From assembly GCA_963662405.2 (NCBI GenBank), contig CAXXKT010000001.1:608001-672000 (forward strand): 64,000 nucleotides of DNA, read 5' to 3'. Positions 41,188-50,631 of the stretch are shown piece after piece. Source of the stretch: Syntrophales bacterium. Lineage in GTDB: Bacteria > Desulfobacterota > Syntrophia > Syntrophales > UBA2210. Position numbers and translations under genes: made by a program. Under the pieces are notes generated by a model. That model ran no database searches and was not told where the DNA came from. It saw nothing but the letters and a program-made list of their open reading frames with translations. Numbering within the stretch: position 1 is the first letter of the stretch; every line of letters begins with the position of its first letter.

Positions 41188-41742
41188 CTACACCGAACCG
41201 AGACTCACGGCCCTCGCCATCAGAAGATCACGCTGGAGGTCTTCCCCCAGTCGGAACGCCTGGGTCCCTCTCTCTACAAACCCCCATTTTTGATAGAAGG
41301 CGATAGCCCGCGCATTTCGTTCCCAGACATCCAGCCAGATCATATCGCATCCCGCATGCTCGGCTTCGTGCAGACAGGCCTGCATCAACGGTGCGCCAAT
41401 GCCCGTGCCGATCCACGGCTTCCGTGCGTAAAAACGGACTATCTCCAGCGGCTTTCGACCTGCGACAGCGGCCGGGGCCTTCGCCAACCTCAACTGGGCA
41501 TACCCGACCGTCAGGCCGTCCTCCTCGACAATCAGAAATCGGGTGGCGGGGTCGGCCAGTTCACGGGCCTGCTTCTCCGGTCCAAAGGATTCGGCCAGAT
41601 AGGCCGTCATATCCTCCGGGGTATTTTCGGCCGCAAAGCTGCCTGAGAAGGTCTCGGCCCCCACCTCGGCCAGAAGCATATTATCCGAAGGCCTTGCGGG
41701 GCGGATATGGAGGAGGGGATCGTGTTCTTTTTGCATGTTCAT
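41188..41742 (-). CDS. GNAT acetyltransferase (PaiA-like)
   Basis: WIGTGIG, WLDVWERNARAIAFYQKWGF. Confidence 0.9.
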   Translation of the reverse strand: MNMQKEHDPLLHIRPARPSDNMLLAEVGAETFSGSFAAENTPEDMTAYLAESFGPEKQARELADPATRFLIVEEDGLTVGYAQLRLAKAPAAVAGRKPLEIVRFYARKPWIGTGIGAPLMQACLHEAEHAGCDMIWLDVWERNARAIAFYQKWGFVERGTQAFRLGEDLQRDLLMARAVSLGSV

Positions 41743-41829
41743 GTCAGTCGTTCACCAAGTTTATCGTTCGCTGTCGGGTCACGCAGGGACAGGGTATGGC
41801 GAAAAGAGTCGTTGTTGTTACTGGTGTCG

Positions 41830-42345
41830 TCATTTATTCGAGATGTCCTCGTCCTTTTCTCGCAGTTTGTCTCCGCTCTCAGCAAGTTCTGCGAAGTTTT
41901 CCTTAAACCGATCACGTTGCGGAACAACGTTCCGGGAGAAACCACTGAGAAAGGTGCTACTATCCACTTTCATTGGAATATCGAGAAGATTCGTGAGGAC
42001 CTGGACTCTCGTTTGAAGACGAGTGGCTTCAACTTGGTCGTAAAGAACATGGGCTGATTCCTCGTGGGCCTCTCGAGCATGTTGCATTTCATCCCGTGTG
42101 CCCTTAAGATCTTCATGCTGAATCTGTAGGGATTTGCGTTGAAGGAATATAGCCCACAGGACACCCACGAAAGCCCAACCGGAGAACAGGGCTCCGACTG
42201 CACCAAACAGGTCACCAGCTCTCCCGGCGCCGTCTGGAGCGCCGAAAAGTCGGCTGACAATAAAGAAAGAAAGGAACCAGACAACCGTTACTGAAATGAA
42301 CACCGCCACCATAGTTACGGTCAGACGTGTGTCTTTTCTTTTCAT
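41830..42345 (-). CDS. 2-TM plus coiled-coil hypothetical protein
   Basis: GDLFGAVGALFSGWAFVGVLWAIFLQRKSL followed by a heptad-rich segment; RBS GAGG. Confidence 0.7.
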   Translation of the reverse strand: MKRKDTRLTVTMVAVFISVTVVWFLSFFIVSRLFGAPDGAGRAGDLFGAVGALFSGWAFVGVLWAIFLQRKSLQIQHEDLKGTRDEMQHAREAHEESAHVLYDQVEATRLQTRVQVLTNLLDIPMKVDSSTFLSGFSRNVVPQRDRFKENFAELAESGDKLREKDEDISNK

Positions 42346-42556
42346 CCTCTCACCTCGATTCATCGCTTGGCAGGCAAATTCGCTTTGGTGCGATAATATA
42401 GAAGGGGTTCTCAGGCAGATTTGCCTTGCCCTCGTATCGGCAAGTTTGTTACTACCTTTTAGCAGTCAAATGCATCGTATGTCAACGTTAGGAAGTACCA
42501 TCAAAAACAATTGCTTATTCATGAAAGCGCGATGCATGAAACACAGGGAACGATCC

Positions 42557-44410
42557 ATGGGCGAACTGTCATCGAGTTTCGATATACTGAAAGAAAAATT
42601 CCCGCGGTATGAGGACCGCCCCCAGCAGCGGGAAATGGCCGAAGTGGTCCTGGATACCCTCCTGGAGCGCAAGACCCTCCTGGTCGAGGCGGGGACGGGG
42701 GTCGGAAAGTCCTTCGCTTATCTGATCCCCGCAATCCTCTCGCGCGAGAAGACCACCATCTCCACCTCCTCCCTGGCCCTTCAGGACCAACTTGTCAAGA
42801 AGGATCTCGTTTTTCTCAAGAAGGCCCTCCCTCTCGATTTTTCTTTCGGCGTCCTCAAGGGAAAAAACAACTATGTCTGCCTCAGGCGGGAGCGGGAGTA
42901 TGCGGGGGACGGCAAATCCTATATCCGCTTCCGGAAGTGGCTGTCGGAGACAAAGACGGGGGAGCGAAGCAATATACCCTTCACGCCGCGCTTCTGGGGC
43001 GAGGTCTGCGGCGATTCGCAGGACTGTGGGGGACGCACCTGTCCCTTCTACGGCCGCTGTTTTTACTACCACCACTATCGGCGGCTCCACGCCGTTGACA
43101 TCCTCGTCGTCAACCACCACCTCTTGCTCTACGATCTCCTCTCAGAGTTCAGCCTCTTCCCTTTTCACCGGCAGTTGATCATGGATGAGGCACCCGACAT
43201 AGAGGATGTCATATCGACGGTCCTCGGGAGCACCATGACCTACGCGCGGACGGCGTGGCTCCTCCACCGGTTGCGGGGGCTCAAGATAGTCGTCGAGCAT
43301 CTTTTTCCACGAGTGGAATCCTTCTTCAAGAAGGGCACTGTTCCCCCTTCCCCCGTCTGTCCCATCCCCCGGTCGATCATAGAAGCGCTGAAAAAACTGC
43401 GCGCGGATCTGACGCTGGAGACAACGGTCACGACCCTCGAGAAACGCAAGCAGTCCACCGAGGATGAGGAACTGCGTGATCGGATCGAGACGACCATCGC
43501 GTATATCGGATCATTTGCGGCGGATATGGACGACTTCATTGACCAGGGGAACGACGAGAAGGTCTATTATGCCGAGGGGACGGGGGGCAGCCTGGAGCTG
43601 AAGAGCAGTCTCGTGGAGGCGGGAAATGCCTTTGAAGAACTGTTGCGCGGGTATAGAGGCGTCGTCATGACCTCAGCCACCCTGGCCGCCGGGGGGACCT
43701 TTACCTTTCTGAAGCGGCGGTTGAGGATTGAGGACTGCGAGGAGCGCATTATCGGCTCTCCCTTCGACTACCCGCAACAGGCCCTCATCTATATCGACAG
43801 GGATCTTCCAAAACCCGACAATGGCGGGGACGGTCTGTTTCAGGAGGAAAGTCTCACGGTGATCGAACGGTTGATCGGGGCATCCCGGGGAAGGGCGCTG
43901 GTCCTCTTCACCTCGTACCGCCATCTCGCCTTCGTCGCTGAGCGCATAACAACCCCCTACCCTTTAAAGAAACAGGGGGAGATGCCGCCGGCAAAGCTGA
44001 TCTCCTGGTTCCGAGAAACGCCGGGATCGGTCCTCCTCGCGACGGCCACCTTCTGGCAAGGAATCGACATCAAGGGAGATGATCTCAGCCTGGTCATCAT
44101 CGTCAGACTCCCCTTCGCCTCGCCGGGGGACCCGGTATACCAGGAGCGGTGCAACCGGCTGAGAAATAGGTGGTTTTACGATCTGGCTCTCCCCCACGCC
44201 ACCCTCTTGCTGCGGCAGGGGTTCGGCCGGTTGATCAGGGGAAGCGACGAACACGGGGTGGTTGCGATCCTGGATACACGGCTTGTAAAAAACTCCTACG
44301 GTCGTTATATCGTCTCGTCACTGCCGCCCGCCCGGATCACCCACGCGATCGGAGATGTGGAGACTTTTTTCGCCGGGGCGGAGTCACAATCAGATACCGA
44401 CGCGGGGTGA
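42557..44410 (+). CDS. DinG/YoaA-family helicase
   Basis: RPQQ Q-motif, EAGTGVGKS, Fe-S cysteines, TSATL, SPF, FWQGID, QGFGRLIR. Confidence 0.93.
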   Translation: MGELSSSFDILKEKFPRYEDRPQQREMAEVVLDTLLERKTLLVEAGTGVGKSFAYLIPAILSREKTTISTSSLALQDQLVKKDLVFLKKALPLDFSFGVLKGKNNYVCLRREREYAGDGKSYIRFRKWLSETKTGERSNIPFTPRFWGEVCGDSQDCGGRTCPFYGRCFYYHHYRRLHAVDILVVNHHLLLYDLLSEFSLFPFHRQLIMDEAPDIEDVISTVLGSTMTYARTAWLLHRLRGLKIVVEHLFPRVESFFKKGTVPPSPVCPIPRSIIEALKKLRADLTLETTVTTLEKRKQSTEDEELRDRIETTIAYIGSFAADMDDFIDQGNDEKVYYAEGTGGSLELKSSLVEAGNAFEELLRGYRGVVMTSATLAAGGTFTFLKRRLRIEDCEERIIGSPFDYPQQALIYIDRDLPKPDNGGDGLFQEESLTVIERLIGASRGRALVLFTSYRHLAFVAERITTPYPLKKQGEMPPAKLISWFRETPGSVLLATATFWQGIDIKGDDLSLVIIVRLPFASPGDPVYQERCNRLRNRWFYDLALPHATLLLRQGFGRLIRGSDEHGVVAILDTRLVKNSYGRYIVSSLPPARITHAIGDVETFFAGAESQSDTDAG

Positions 44411-44447
44411 ACCGCGTACAGCATACCAGCATGAAAGGGGGAACACG

Positions 44448-45695
44448 ATGTTTGATTACCTGCTGACGGAAGAACAGCTCAAGATTCGAGATGAGGCGCG
44501 CGACCTGGTCAAGTGGGTCCCCCGCCGGATGATTCTCGACATGGACAAGGACGCGATCAAGTTTCCGAAGGAGTTTCTCCGGGAGGCCGGACGGAGAAAC
44601 CTCCTGGGGTGCCGCTACCCGAAGGAATGGGGCGGCAGGGGAATGGACTGGGTGACGACCTGTACCATACTGGAGGAGATCGGGACCTTGGGGTATGAGT
44701 TTGCCTGCGTCTTCGGCGTGGGGGCGGAGCTGGTGTGCGACGCCATCGTCCAGCACGGGACCGACGAGCAGAAGGAAAAGTACGTCAAACCCCTCCTCAG
44801 GGGGGAGCTTTTCGCCGCCGAGTGCCTGACCGAACCGCGGGGCGGCTCCGATTTTTTCGGGGCCACCACCATCGCCGAGGATAAGGGGGATCACTTCCTC
44901 GTGAACGGCCAGAAGCGGTTCATCGTCGGCGGAGAGGGGGCGGACTTCTTCCTCCTGTACGCGAAGACCGATCAGAACGCCGCCACCCCGCAGCAGGCCC
45001 TCTCGGCCCTGATCGTGGACCGGGGGCCGGGAGTGGAAACTACGTACCAGTACGGCCTCATGGGCTGCCGGGGGGGCGGGACCGCGCGCCTCGTCTTCAG
45101 GGACGTCAAGGTGCCGAAGGAGAACGTGGTCGGGAAGATCCACGGGGCCTATGATGTCTTCAACACGATGATGATCCCCGAGCGGCTGGGGACCGCGGTG
45201 ATGACCATCGGGGCGGCCCGCCCCGCCGTCGATATCGCCACCAACTACACCTCGCGCCGGAAGGCCTTCGGGCAGGTCATCGCCCAGTTCGAGGGGGTCA
45301 GCTTTCAGGTGGCCGAGGCGGTCATGCTCCTCGACGCGGCCCGGGCGATGGGGTACGCCACGGCACGTGCCGTGGATGCGGGGATCGGCACGCACCGGAT
45401 CCGCCGGATGGTGTCCGAATCGAAGAAGTTCATCACGGAGTCGTGCCAGAAGGCCGTCCACAACGCGATGCAGGTCGTCGGGGGGATCGGTTACACCAAC
45501 ATTTTCCCCATCGAACGTATCTTCCGCGACGTACGCCTCGCCTCCATATGGACCGGGACCAGCGAGGTGATGTCGATGATCGTTGCACACGAATGGTACC
45601 GGGAATTCCTGATGGAGAAGAAGGGACACCTCGCGCGCGACTTCGAGGCCGACGCAGAGGAGGCGAATGCCGTCGATGAAAAAATATACGAGTGA
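44448..45695 (+). CDS. Acyl-CoA dehydrogenase
   Basis: CLTEPRGGSD, NGQKRFI, RKAFG, GGIGY, IWTGTSE. Confidence 0.95.
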   Translation: MFDYLLTEEQLKIRDEARDLVKWVPRRMILDMDKDAIKFPKEFLREAGRRNLLGCRYPKEWGGRGMDWVTTCTILEEIGTLGYEFACVFGVGAELVCDAIVQHGTDEQKEKYVKPLLRGELFAAECLTEPRGGSDFFGATTIAEDKGDHFLVNGQKRFIVGGEGADFFLLYAKTDQNAATPQQALSALIVDRGPGVETTYQYGLMGCRGGGTARLVFRDVKVPKENVVGKIHGAYDVFNTMMIPERLGTAVMTIGAARPAVDIATNYTSRRKAFGQVIAQFEGVSFQVAEAVMLLDAARAMGYATARAVDAGIGTHRIRRMVSESKKFITESCQKAVHNAMQVVGGIGYTNIFPIERIFRDVRLASIWTGTSEVMSMIVAHEWYREFLMEKKGHLARDFEADAEEANAVDEKIYE

Positions 45696-45806
45696 CGGGC
45701 CAATCAGGTGGCATCACTTCGACCGAAGGGAGCTCTCATCCGCGTTAGGGTGAAAGCTTAGATTTATCAGTCGCCGGCAGTCCGTCGGGATACCCACGCG
45801 GCAACC

Positions 45807-46985
45807 CTACCTGACCAGCGCAGCGATGACCTCGATATGCTGCGTCTGAGGAAACATGTCGACCGGTTGGAGCGCCTCGAGGGAAAACCCTGTGTCGATG
45901 AGACGCCGGACATCGCGCGCCTGGGTGGCCGGGTTGCACGACACATAGACGACCCTATCCGGCCGGAGGCGATCGATAGCCGCGAGGGTTTCAGGGGTGC
46001 ACCCGGTCCGCGGCGGGTCGATGAGGACGGTATCGAATCTCATTCTCTCGCCTGCCAGCCTGGCCAGGGCCACATCCAGATCTCCCCGGCTGAAGTGTGT
46101 GTTGGTGATCCGATGCTTATCGGCATTGTTCTTCGCACATCGAACGGCAGCGCCGCTTATCTCCACCCCGATCACCTCCCGAACATGGGAGGCCATAAAG
46201 AGAGAGAAAAGACCCGAACCGCAGCAGGCATCCAAGATCCGGTCGGCCCCCTTTGGTACGCACATCTCGACGGCGCGCTCAACCAAGATCTCCGTGAGAG
46301 ACAGATTCCCTTGAAAAAATCCCCCGGAGGGGACAGTCAGTTCCATCTCTCCGATCCGTCTCGTAATGGTCTTCCCCGGGGGATAGGAGGTTCCGGACCA
46401 AGTGATGTACCGCGTACGGTGCGTGGGGGTCTTCCCGGCGACAAGTCGCTGCCGGAGACGGATGAGTTCGGTGTTGATCGATTCATCAACAATCGCACAT
46501 CGGTCGATATCGACAACCGTTCCCCCTGATCTGTCCATGAAACCCAGATGAAAGCCTCCGCCGGGGGCGGGAACACCGTGGAATTCTGCCTTTCCCCGAT
46601 AGCCGAAGGGGCGGGGCGAGGGGATGATGGCCTTCACCGGAGGGGCAGCAATCTTTCCGATCCGCTCGAAGGTCTCCGTCACCTGCCGCTCCTTGATCCG
46701 AAGCTGAACTTCGTACGGCAGGTGTTGGTACTGGCACCCCCCGCAGAGGGAAAAGTAGAGACAGATCGGCTCAACCCGATCGGGAGAAGCACACATGATC
46801 CGGACAGGCTCTCCCGTGCGGTAGTTCTTCTTGGCCTTCACGATCTCCACTTCGACGACATCGCCGGGAGCGGTGAAGGGAACGAAGACAACCAGGGGAC
46901 CGACACGGCCGACGCCATCCCCCCCGAAGGCGATCGTGTCGACAACGACCTCTATAATCTCTCCCGCGCTCAGTCTTTGTTCCAT
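45807..46985 (-). CDS. RlmD/TrmA-family RNA m5U methyltransferase with TRAM domain
   Basis: CGGCQYQH, FFQGN, DPPR, YVSCNPAT, DMFPQT.HIE. Confidence 0.93.
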   Translation of the reverse strand: MEQRLSAGEIIEVVVDTIAFGGDGVGRVGPLVVFVPFTAPGDVVEVEIVKAKKNYRTGEPVRIMCASPDRVEPICLYFSLCGGCQYQHLPYEVQLRIKERQVTETFERIGKIAAPPVKAIIPSPRPFGYRGKAEFHGVPAPGGGFHLGFMDRSGGTVVDIDRCAIVDESINTELIRLRQRLVAGKTPTHRTRYITWSGTSYPPGKTITRRIGEMELTVPSGGFFQGNLSLTEILVERAVEMCVPKGADRILDACCGSGLFSLFMASHVREVIGVEISGAAVRCAKNNADKHRITNTHFSRGDLDVALARLAGERMRFDTVLIDPPRTGCTPETLAAIDRLRPDRVVYVSCNPATQARDVRRLIDTGFSLEALQPVDMFPQTQHIEVIAALVR

Positions 46986-47110
46986 AATGGCCCCCTTATA
47001 CCCCGCCGGGGGCGACCGGACAAGAAGAAAAGGTCCGGGATTTTCCTTTACAATCAGGGGGAATACTGATATTCCGTTCCCTCGGTTTTTGTGTGCCGAC
47101 AGACATGCCA

Positions 47111-48271
47111 ATGGATAACAATAACATACACCGTATTCAAAAAGACGACCGGGAAATCATCCTTATCGGGACGGCGCACGTCTCGCGGGACAGCGCCGAA
47201 CTGGTAGAGAAGGTCATTGAGGAGGAGCGCCCCGACACCGTCTGTGTCGAGCTGTGCCAGTCCCGGTATGACGCAATCATGCGAAAAACCGCCTGGGAAG
47301 AGATGGATATCCTGAAGATCATCCGCCAGAAGCGGACATCCCTTCTGTTATCGCAGCTCATCATGGCGTCGTTTCAAAAAAAGCTTGCGGAGAGATTCAA
47401 GATCAACCCCGGCGAAGAGATGCTCCGCGCGATCGGTAAGGCCGATCAGATCGGAGCACGAATTGTCCTGGCCGACCGCGACATCCGCACCACCCTGAAG
47501 AGGACATGGCGCAACATGCGCTTTTTCAGAAAGCTGCGGTTCATCTTCGAGCTGATCTCCTCCCTCTTTATCGATGAAGAGATCAGTGAAGAGGAGATCG
47601 AGAAGTTGAAGGAGCACGATGCCCTGGAGCTTGCCCTCCAGACCTTCGGGAAAGAACTCCCGGAGATCAAGGCCACGCTGATCGACGAACGGGACCGCTT
47701 CCTGGCCTGCTCCATCGGGGATGCACCGGGCGGCAAGATCGTTGCCGTCGTGGGGGCTGGGCACGTCCCGGGGATATTGGAAAATTTCGACAAGGAAACA
47801 GATCTTGCGACCCTCAATGAGGTGCCGCCCAAGGGCGTGGCGGGTCGGTTCATCGGGTGGGGAATCTCCGCCGCCGTCATCGGAATCATCGTCGCCGGCT
47901 TTTTCCACTCGGGGAGCGAGGCGAGTCTCAATATGATCAAGTGGTGGGTGCTGGTCAACGGCATTCTGGCGGGGTTAGGGGCACTCACGGTCCTGGCCCA
48001 CCCCCTGACGATCCTCGCCTCCATTGTGGCCGCCCCCTTGACTTCGATCAACCCCATGATAGCGGCCGGGTGGGTCGCGGGCCTTACGGAGGCGGCACTG
48101 AAAAGGCCTCAGGTGAAGGATTTCATGGATCTCAAGACGGATATTGCCTCGGTCAGAGGATTCTGGCACAATAAGATCACCCGCATCCTGCTCCTGATCA
48201 TGTTTGTCAATATCGGGAGCGCCATCGGGACCTTTCTTGCCATCCCGCTGATGATGCGGTTCCTGAGCTAG
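47111..48271 (+). CDS. TraB/GumN (pheromone shutdown) family protein
   Basis: LIGTAHVS, VELC..R, PGEEM, LIDERD, VVGAGH; C-terminal TM helices. Confidence 0.92.
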   Translation: MDNNNIHRIQKDDREIILIGTAHVSRDSAELVEKVIEEERPDTVCVELCQSRYDAIMRKTAWEEMDILKIIRQKRTSLLLSQLIMASFQKKLAERFKINPGEEMLRAIGKADQIGARIVLADRDIRTTLKRTWRNMRFFRKLRFIFELISSLFIDEEISEEEIEKLKEHDALELALQTFGKELPEIKATLIDERDRFLACSIGDAPGGKIVAVVGAGHVPGILENFDKETDLATLNEVPPKGVAGRFIGWGISAAVIGIIVAGFFHSGSEASLNMIKWWVLVNGILAGLGALTVLAHPLTILASIVAAPLTSINPMIAAGWVAGLTEAALKRPQVKDFMDLKTDIASVRGFWHNKITRILLLIMFVNIGSAIGTFLAIPLMMRFLS

Positions 48272-48285
48272 ACGGAAGGGCTGCC

Positions 48286-49128
48286 ATGGACCGTCCGGAA
48301 AAACAATCGATCCTCTGCCCCAACTGCCGGAGGCTGATCAACCGAGATGAACGGGTCTGCCCCTATTGCGGGATTTCTCGGCCCGGTTCGGGGTGGAAAC
48401 TGGCACTTCCCACGAATCTCCTGAGTTCACCGTACGATCTGATCAGATATATCATCTATGTAAACGCGGCCTTTTATGTCTTGGCCCTCCTGCTCAACCC
48501 GCGGGGGCTCGGGCTGTCCGCAAATCCCCTCGCCTTCCTGGCACCCTCCAATCACAGTCTCCTCCTCCTGGGGGCAACGGGAACCATCCCCATAGACAGG
48601 CTCCACGGCTGGTGGACACTCCTGTCGGCCTCGTACCTCCACGGCGGACTGCTTCACATCATCTTCAACATGCTGGCCATGAGGCAGTTGGGGGTCTTTG
48701 TCCTGAACGAGTACGGCCTCTACCGTTTCTTCATCATATACACACTGACCGGGATCGCGGGATTTTACCTCTCCTATCTCGCCGGCATTCCCCTGACCAT
48801 CGGGGCCTCCGCCAGCGTCTGCGGTCTGATCGGGGCAACGCTCTACTACGGAAAGAGCCGGGGGGGAATATACGGGGAGACCATTTATCGGCAGGTTATG
48901 GGGTGGGTCGTCGGACTCGTCCTGTTCGGCTTCATGATCCCGGGCATCAACAACTGGGCGCACGGGGGGGGGATTCTTTCGGGGATCCTCCTGGGATTAG
49001 CGATGGGATACCGGGAGAAGCGTCAGGAGAATCTCCTTCACCGGACACTCGCGATAGCCTGCATGGTGGTAACTGCGGGGGTCCTCGTCTGGGCCGTCCT
49101 GCAGGCCGTCTATTACTCTTTTATGTAG
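48286..49128 (+). CDS. Rhomboid intramembrane serine protease with N-terminal zinc ribbon
   Basis: CPNC..CPYC, HIIFN, GASA, AHGGG. Confidence 0.93.
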   Translation: MDRPEKQSILCPNCRRLINRDERVCPYCGISRPGSGWKLALPTNLLSSPYDLIRYIIYVNAAFYVLALLLNPRGLGLSANPLAFLAPSNHSLLLLGATGTIPIDRLHGWWTLLSASYLHGGLLHIIFNMLAMRQLGVFVLNEYGLYRFFIIYTLTGIAGFYLSYLAGIPLTIGASASVCGLIGATLYYGKSRGGIYGETIYRQVMGWVVGLVLFGFMIPGINNWAHGGGILSGILLGLAMGYREKRQENLLHRTLAIACMVVTAGVLVWAVLQAVYYSFM

Positions 49129-49130
49129 CA

Positions 49131-50609
49131 ATGGCTGAAAGAGGGAGAAAACCATTGAAGGTCATCCTGGCAGGCCATAACGTCGATTATGAGGTGATCA
49201 AAGAGTGTCGCACAGACTCGGAGGGAGAAGATCGCCTTACCCCCGAGATCTTGTGCGCCGCGTACGCGCGGATCAGTCGAAATCCCCTCCCCGTCGACGG
49301 ACTCAGGGCTATCGCCCGGGGGGAGGTTGAAAAGGCGCGAAAATCCAACCAGGCGATCGTCTTCGGGATGGGACACAGTTCCATTGCCGAACATGCCGTC
49401 TTCAACGTCGATATCCTGGGCGTCTCGCGCCTCGCCGTGGAGGAGATTGAAAAATTTCGTCTCTGCTCCTACACGGAAAAATCCCAGCGTTACATCCGCC
49501 TGGAGGATGATTTCGTCATCCCTCCCGAGGTACGGGACGGGGGACTGGAAAGTCTCTTCGTCGATACGATCAGGGAGCAGAATGCCCTGTACCACGAGCT
49601 GTACGCCGCACTGAGAGAACATCTCTTCGAAAAATACCGGGACATGCTGGTCGATCCGTCGAACCGTCCGATGGTGGACGGGTGGGCAAAGGAAGATGCC
49701 CGGTACATCGTCTCTTTGGCAACGCACGCCCAGCTGGGCATGACCCTGAATGCGCGGAACCTCGAACTGATGCTCAGGCGCTCGGCGGCGCATCCTCTGC
49801 GGGAAGTCAACGAATACGGGACACGGCTCTACGAGGAGACCGGCGGGATCGCCCCCTCGCTGGTCCGGTATACTGCGGCGACGCCTTTCGACCGCGACAC
49901 ACGAGAAGACCTGAGAAAACTGGCCGTTTCCCTGGCAACGATTGACACTCCGGGAACGAATGACGCCATGGGGAGGGAGGGAAACGTGGTCCTCTTGCAC
50001 GCCACGCCGGAGGGCGACGAAACGATCATCGCTGCTTTGCTGCACGCATCATCCGATCTTTCCCTGGAGACCTGCGTGAAGGCCTCTCGCGCAATGAGCA
50101 GCGAGGAGAAGAAAGCGGTAATCCAAACCGCCTGTCGCCGGATGCAGGCGTACGACCCACCGCTCAGGGAATTTGAACATGCCGGTTTTCTCTTCGAGGC
50201 GATCGTCAGCGCCTCTTGCTTCGCGCAGTTGAAACGGCACCGGATGGCCACCATCACCTGTCAGGAGTATACCCCCGCGCTGGGCGTCACAATCCCGCCC
50301 TCGATATCAGAAATCGGAATGGCAAGCCGCTTCAGGGAGGTGACCTCCCTGACGGAGGAGACATACCACCGAATCAGAGAGATATTCCCTCCCGCTGCCC
50401 CGTACATCCTGACGAACGCACACCGGAAACGGGTGGCGCTCCGGGTCAATGTGAGGGAGCTGTACCATATCGCGCGCCTGCGCGAGGATAAGCACGCGCA
50501 GTGGGATATCAGAGAAACGGCTGAACGGATGGTGCGGCTGGGAAAAGACGCGATGCCGCTGGCGCTGATGCTGGCCGCGGGGAAGGATGCCTTTGTCCCA
50601 ATTTCCTAG
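49131..50609 (+). CDS. thyX: FAD-dependent thymidylate synthase, two-domain type
   Basis: GHSSIAEH, EKSQRY, EDARY, second domain QLKRHR...HAQWDIR. Confidence 0.9.
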   Translation: MAERGRKPLKVILAGHNVDYEVIKECRTDSEGEDRLTPEILCAAYARISRNPLPVDGLRAIARGEVEKARKSNQAIVFGMGHSSIAEHAVFNVDILGVSRLAVEEIEKFRLCSYTEKSQRYIRLEDDFVIPPEVRDGGLESLFVDTIREQNALYHELYAALREHLFEKYRDMLVDPSNRPMVDGWAKEDARYIVSLATHAQLGMTLNARNLELMLRRSAAHPLREVNEYGTRLYEETGGIAPSLVRYTAATPFDRDTREDLRKLAVSLATIDTPGTNDAMGREGNVVLLHATPEGDETIIAALLHASSDLSLETCVKASRAMSSEEKKAVIQTACRRMQAYDPPLREFEHAGFLFEAIVSASCFAQLKRHRMATITCQEYTPALGVTIPPSISEIGMASRFREVTSLTEETYHRIREIFPPAAPYILTNAHRKRVALRVNVRELYHIARLREDKHAQWDIRETAERMVRLGKDAMPLALMLAAGKDAFVPIS

Positions 50610-50631
50610 ACAGCAAAGATCTTTCCTCCCT

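Noticed and set aside
20960..42400. Integrated element (prophage or ICE) at tRNA-Phe
   Set aside because: No integrase or phage genes, and I found no duplicated tRNA 3' end by eye; the region looks accessory but has no att boundaries.
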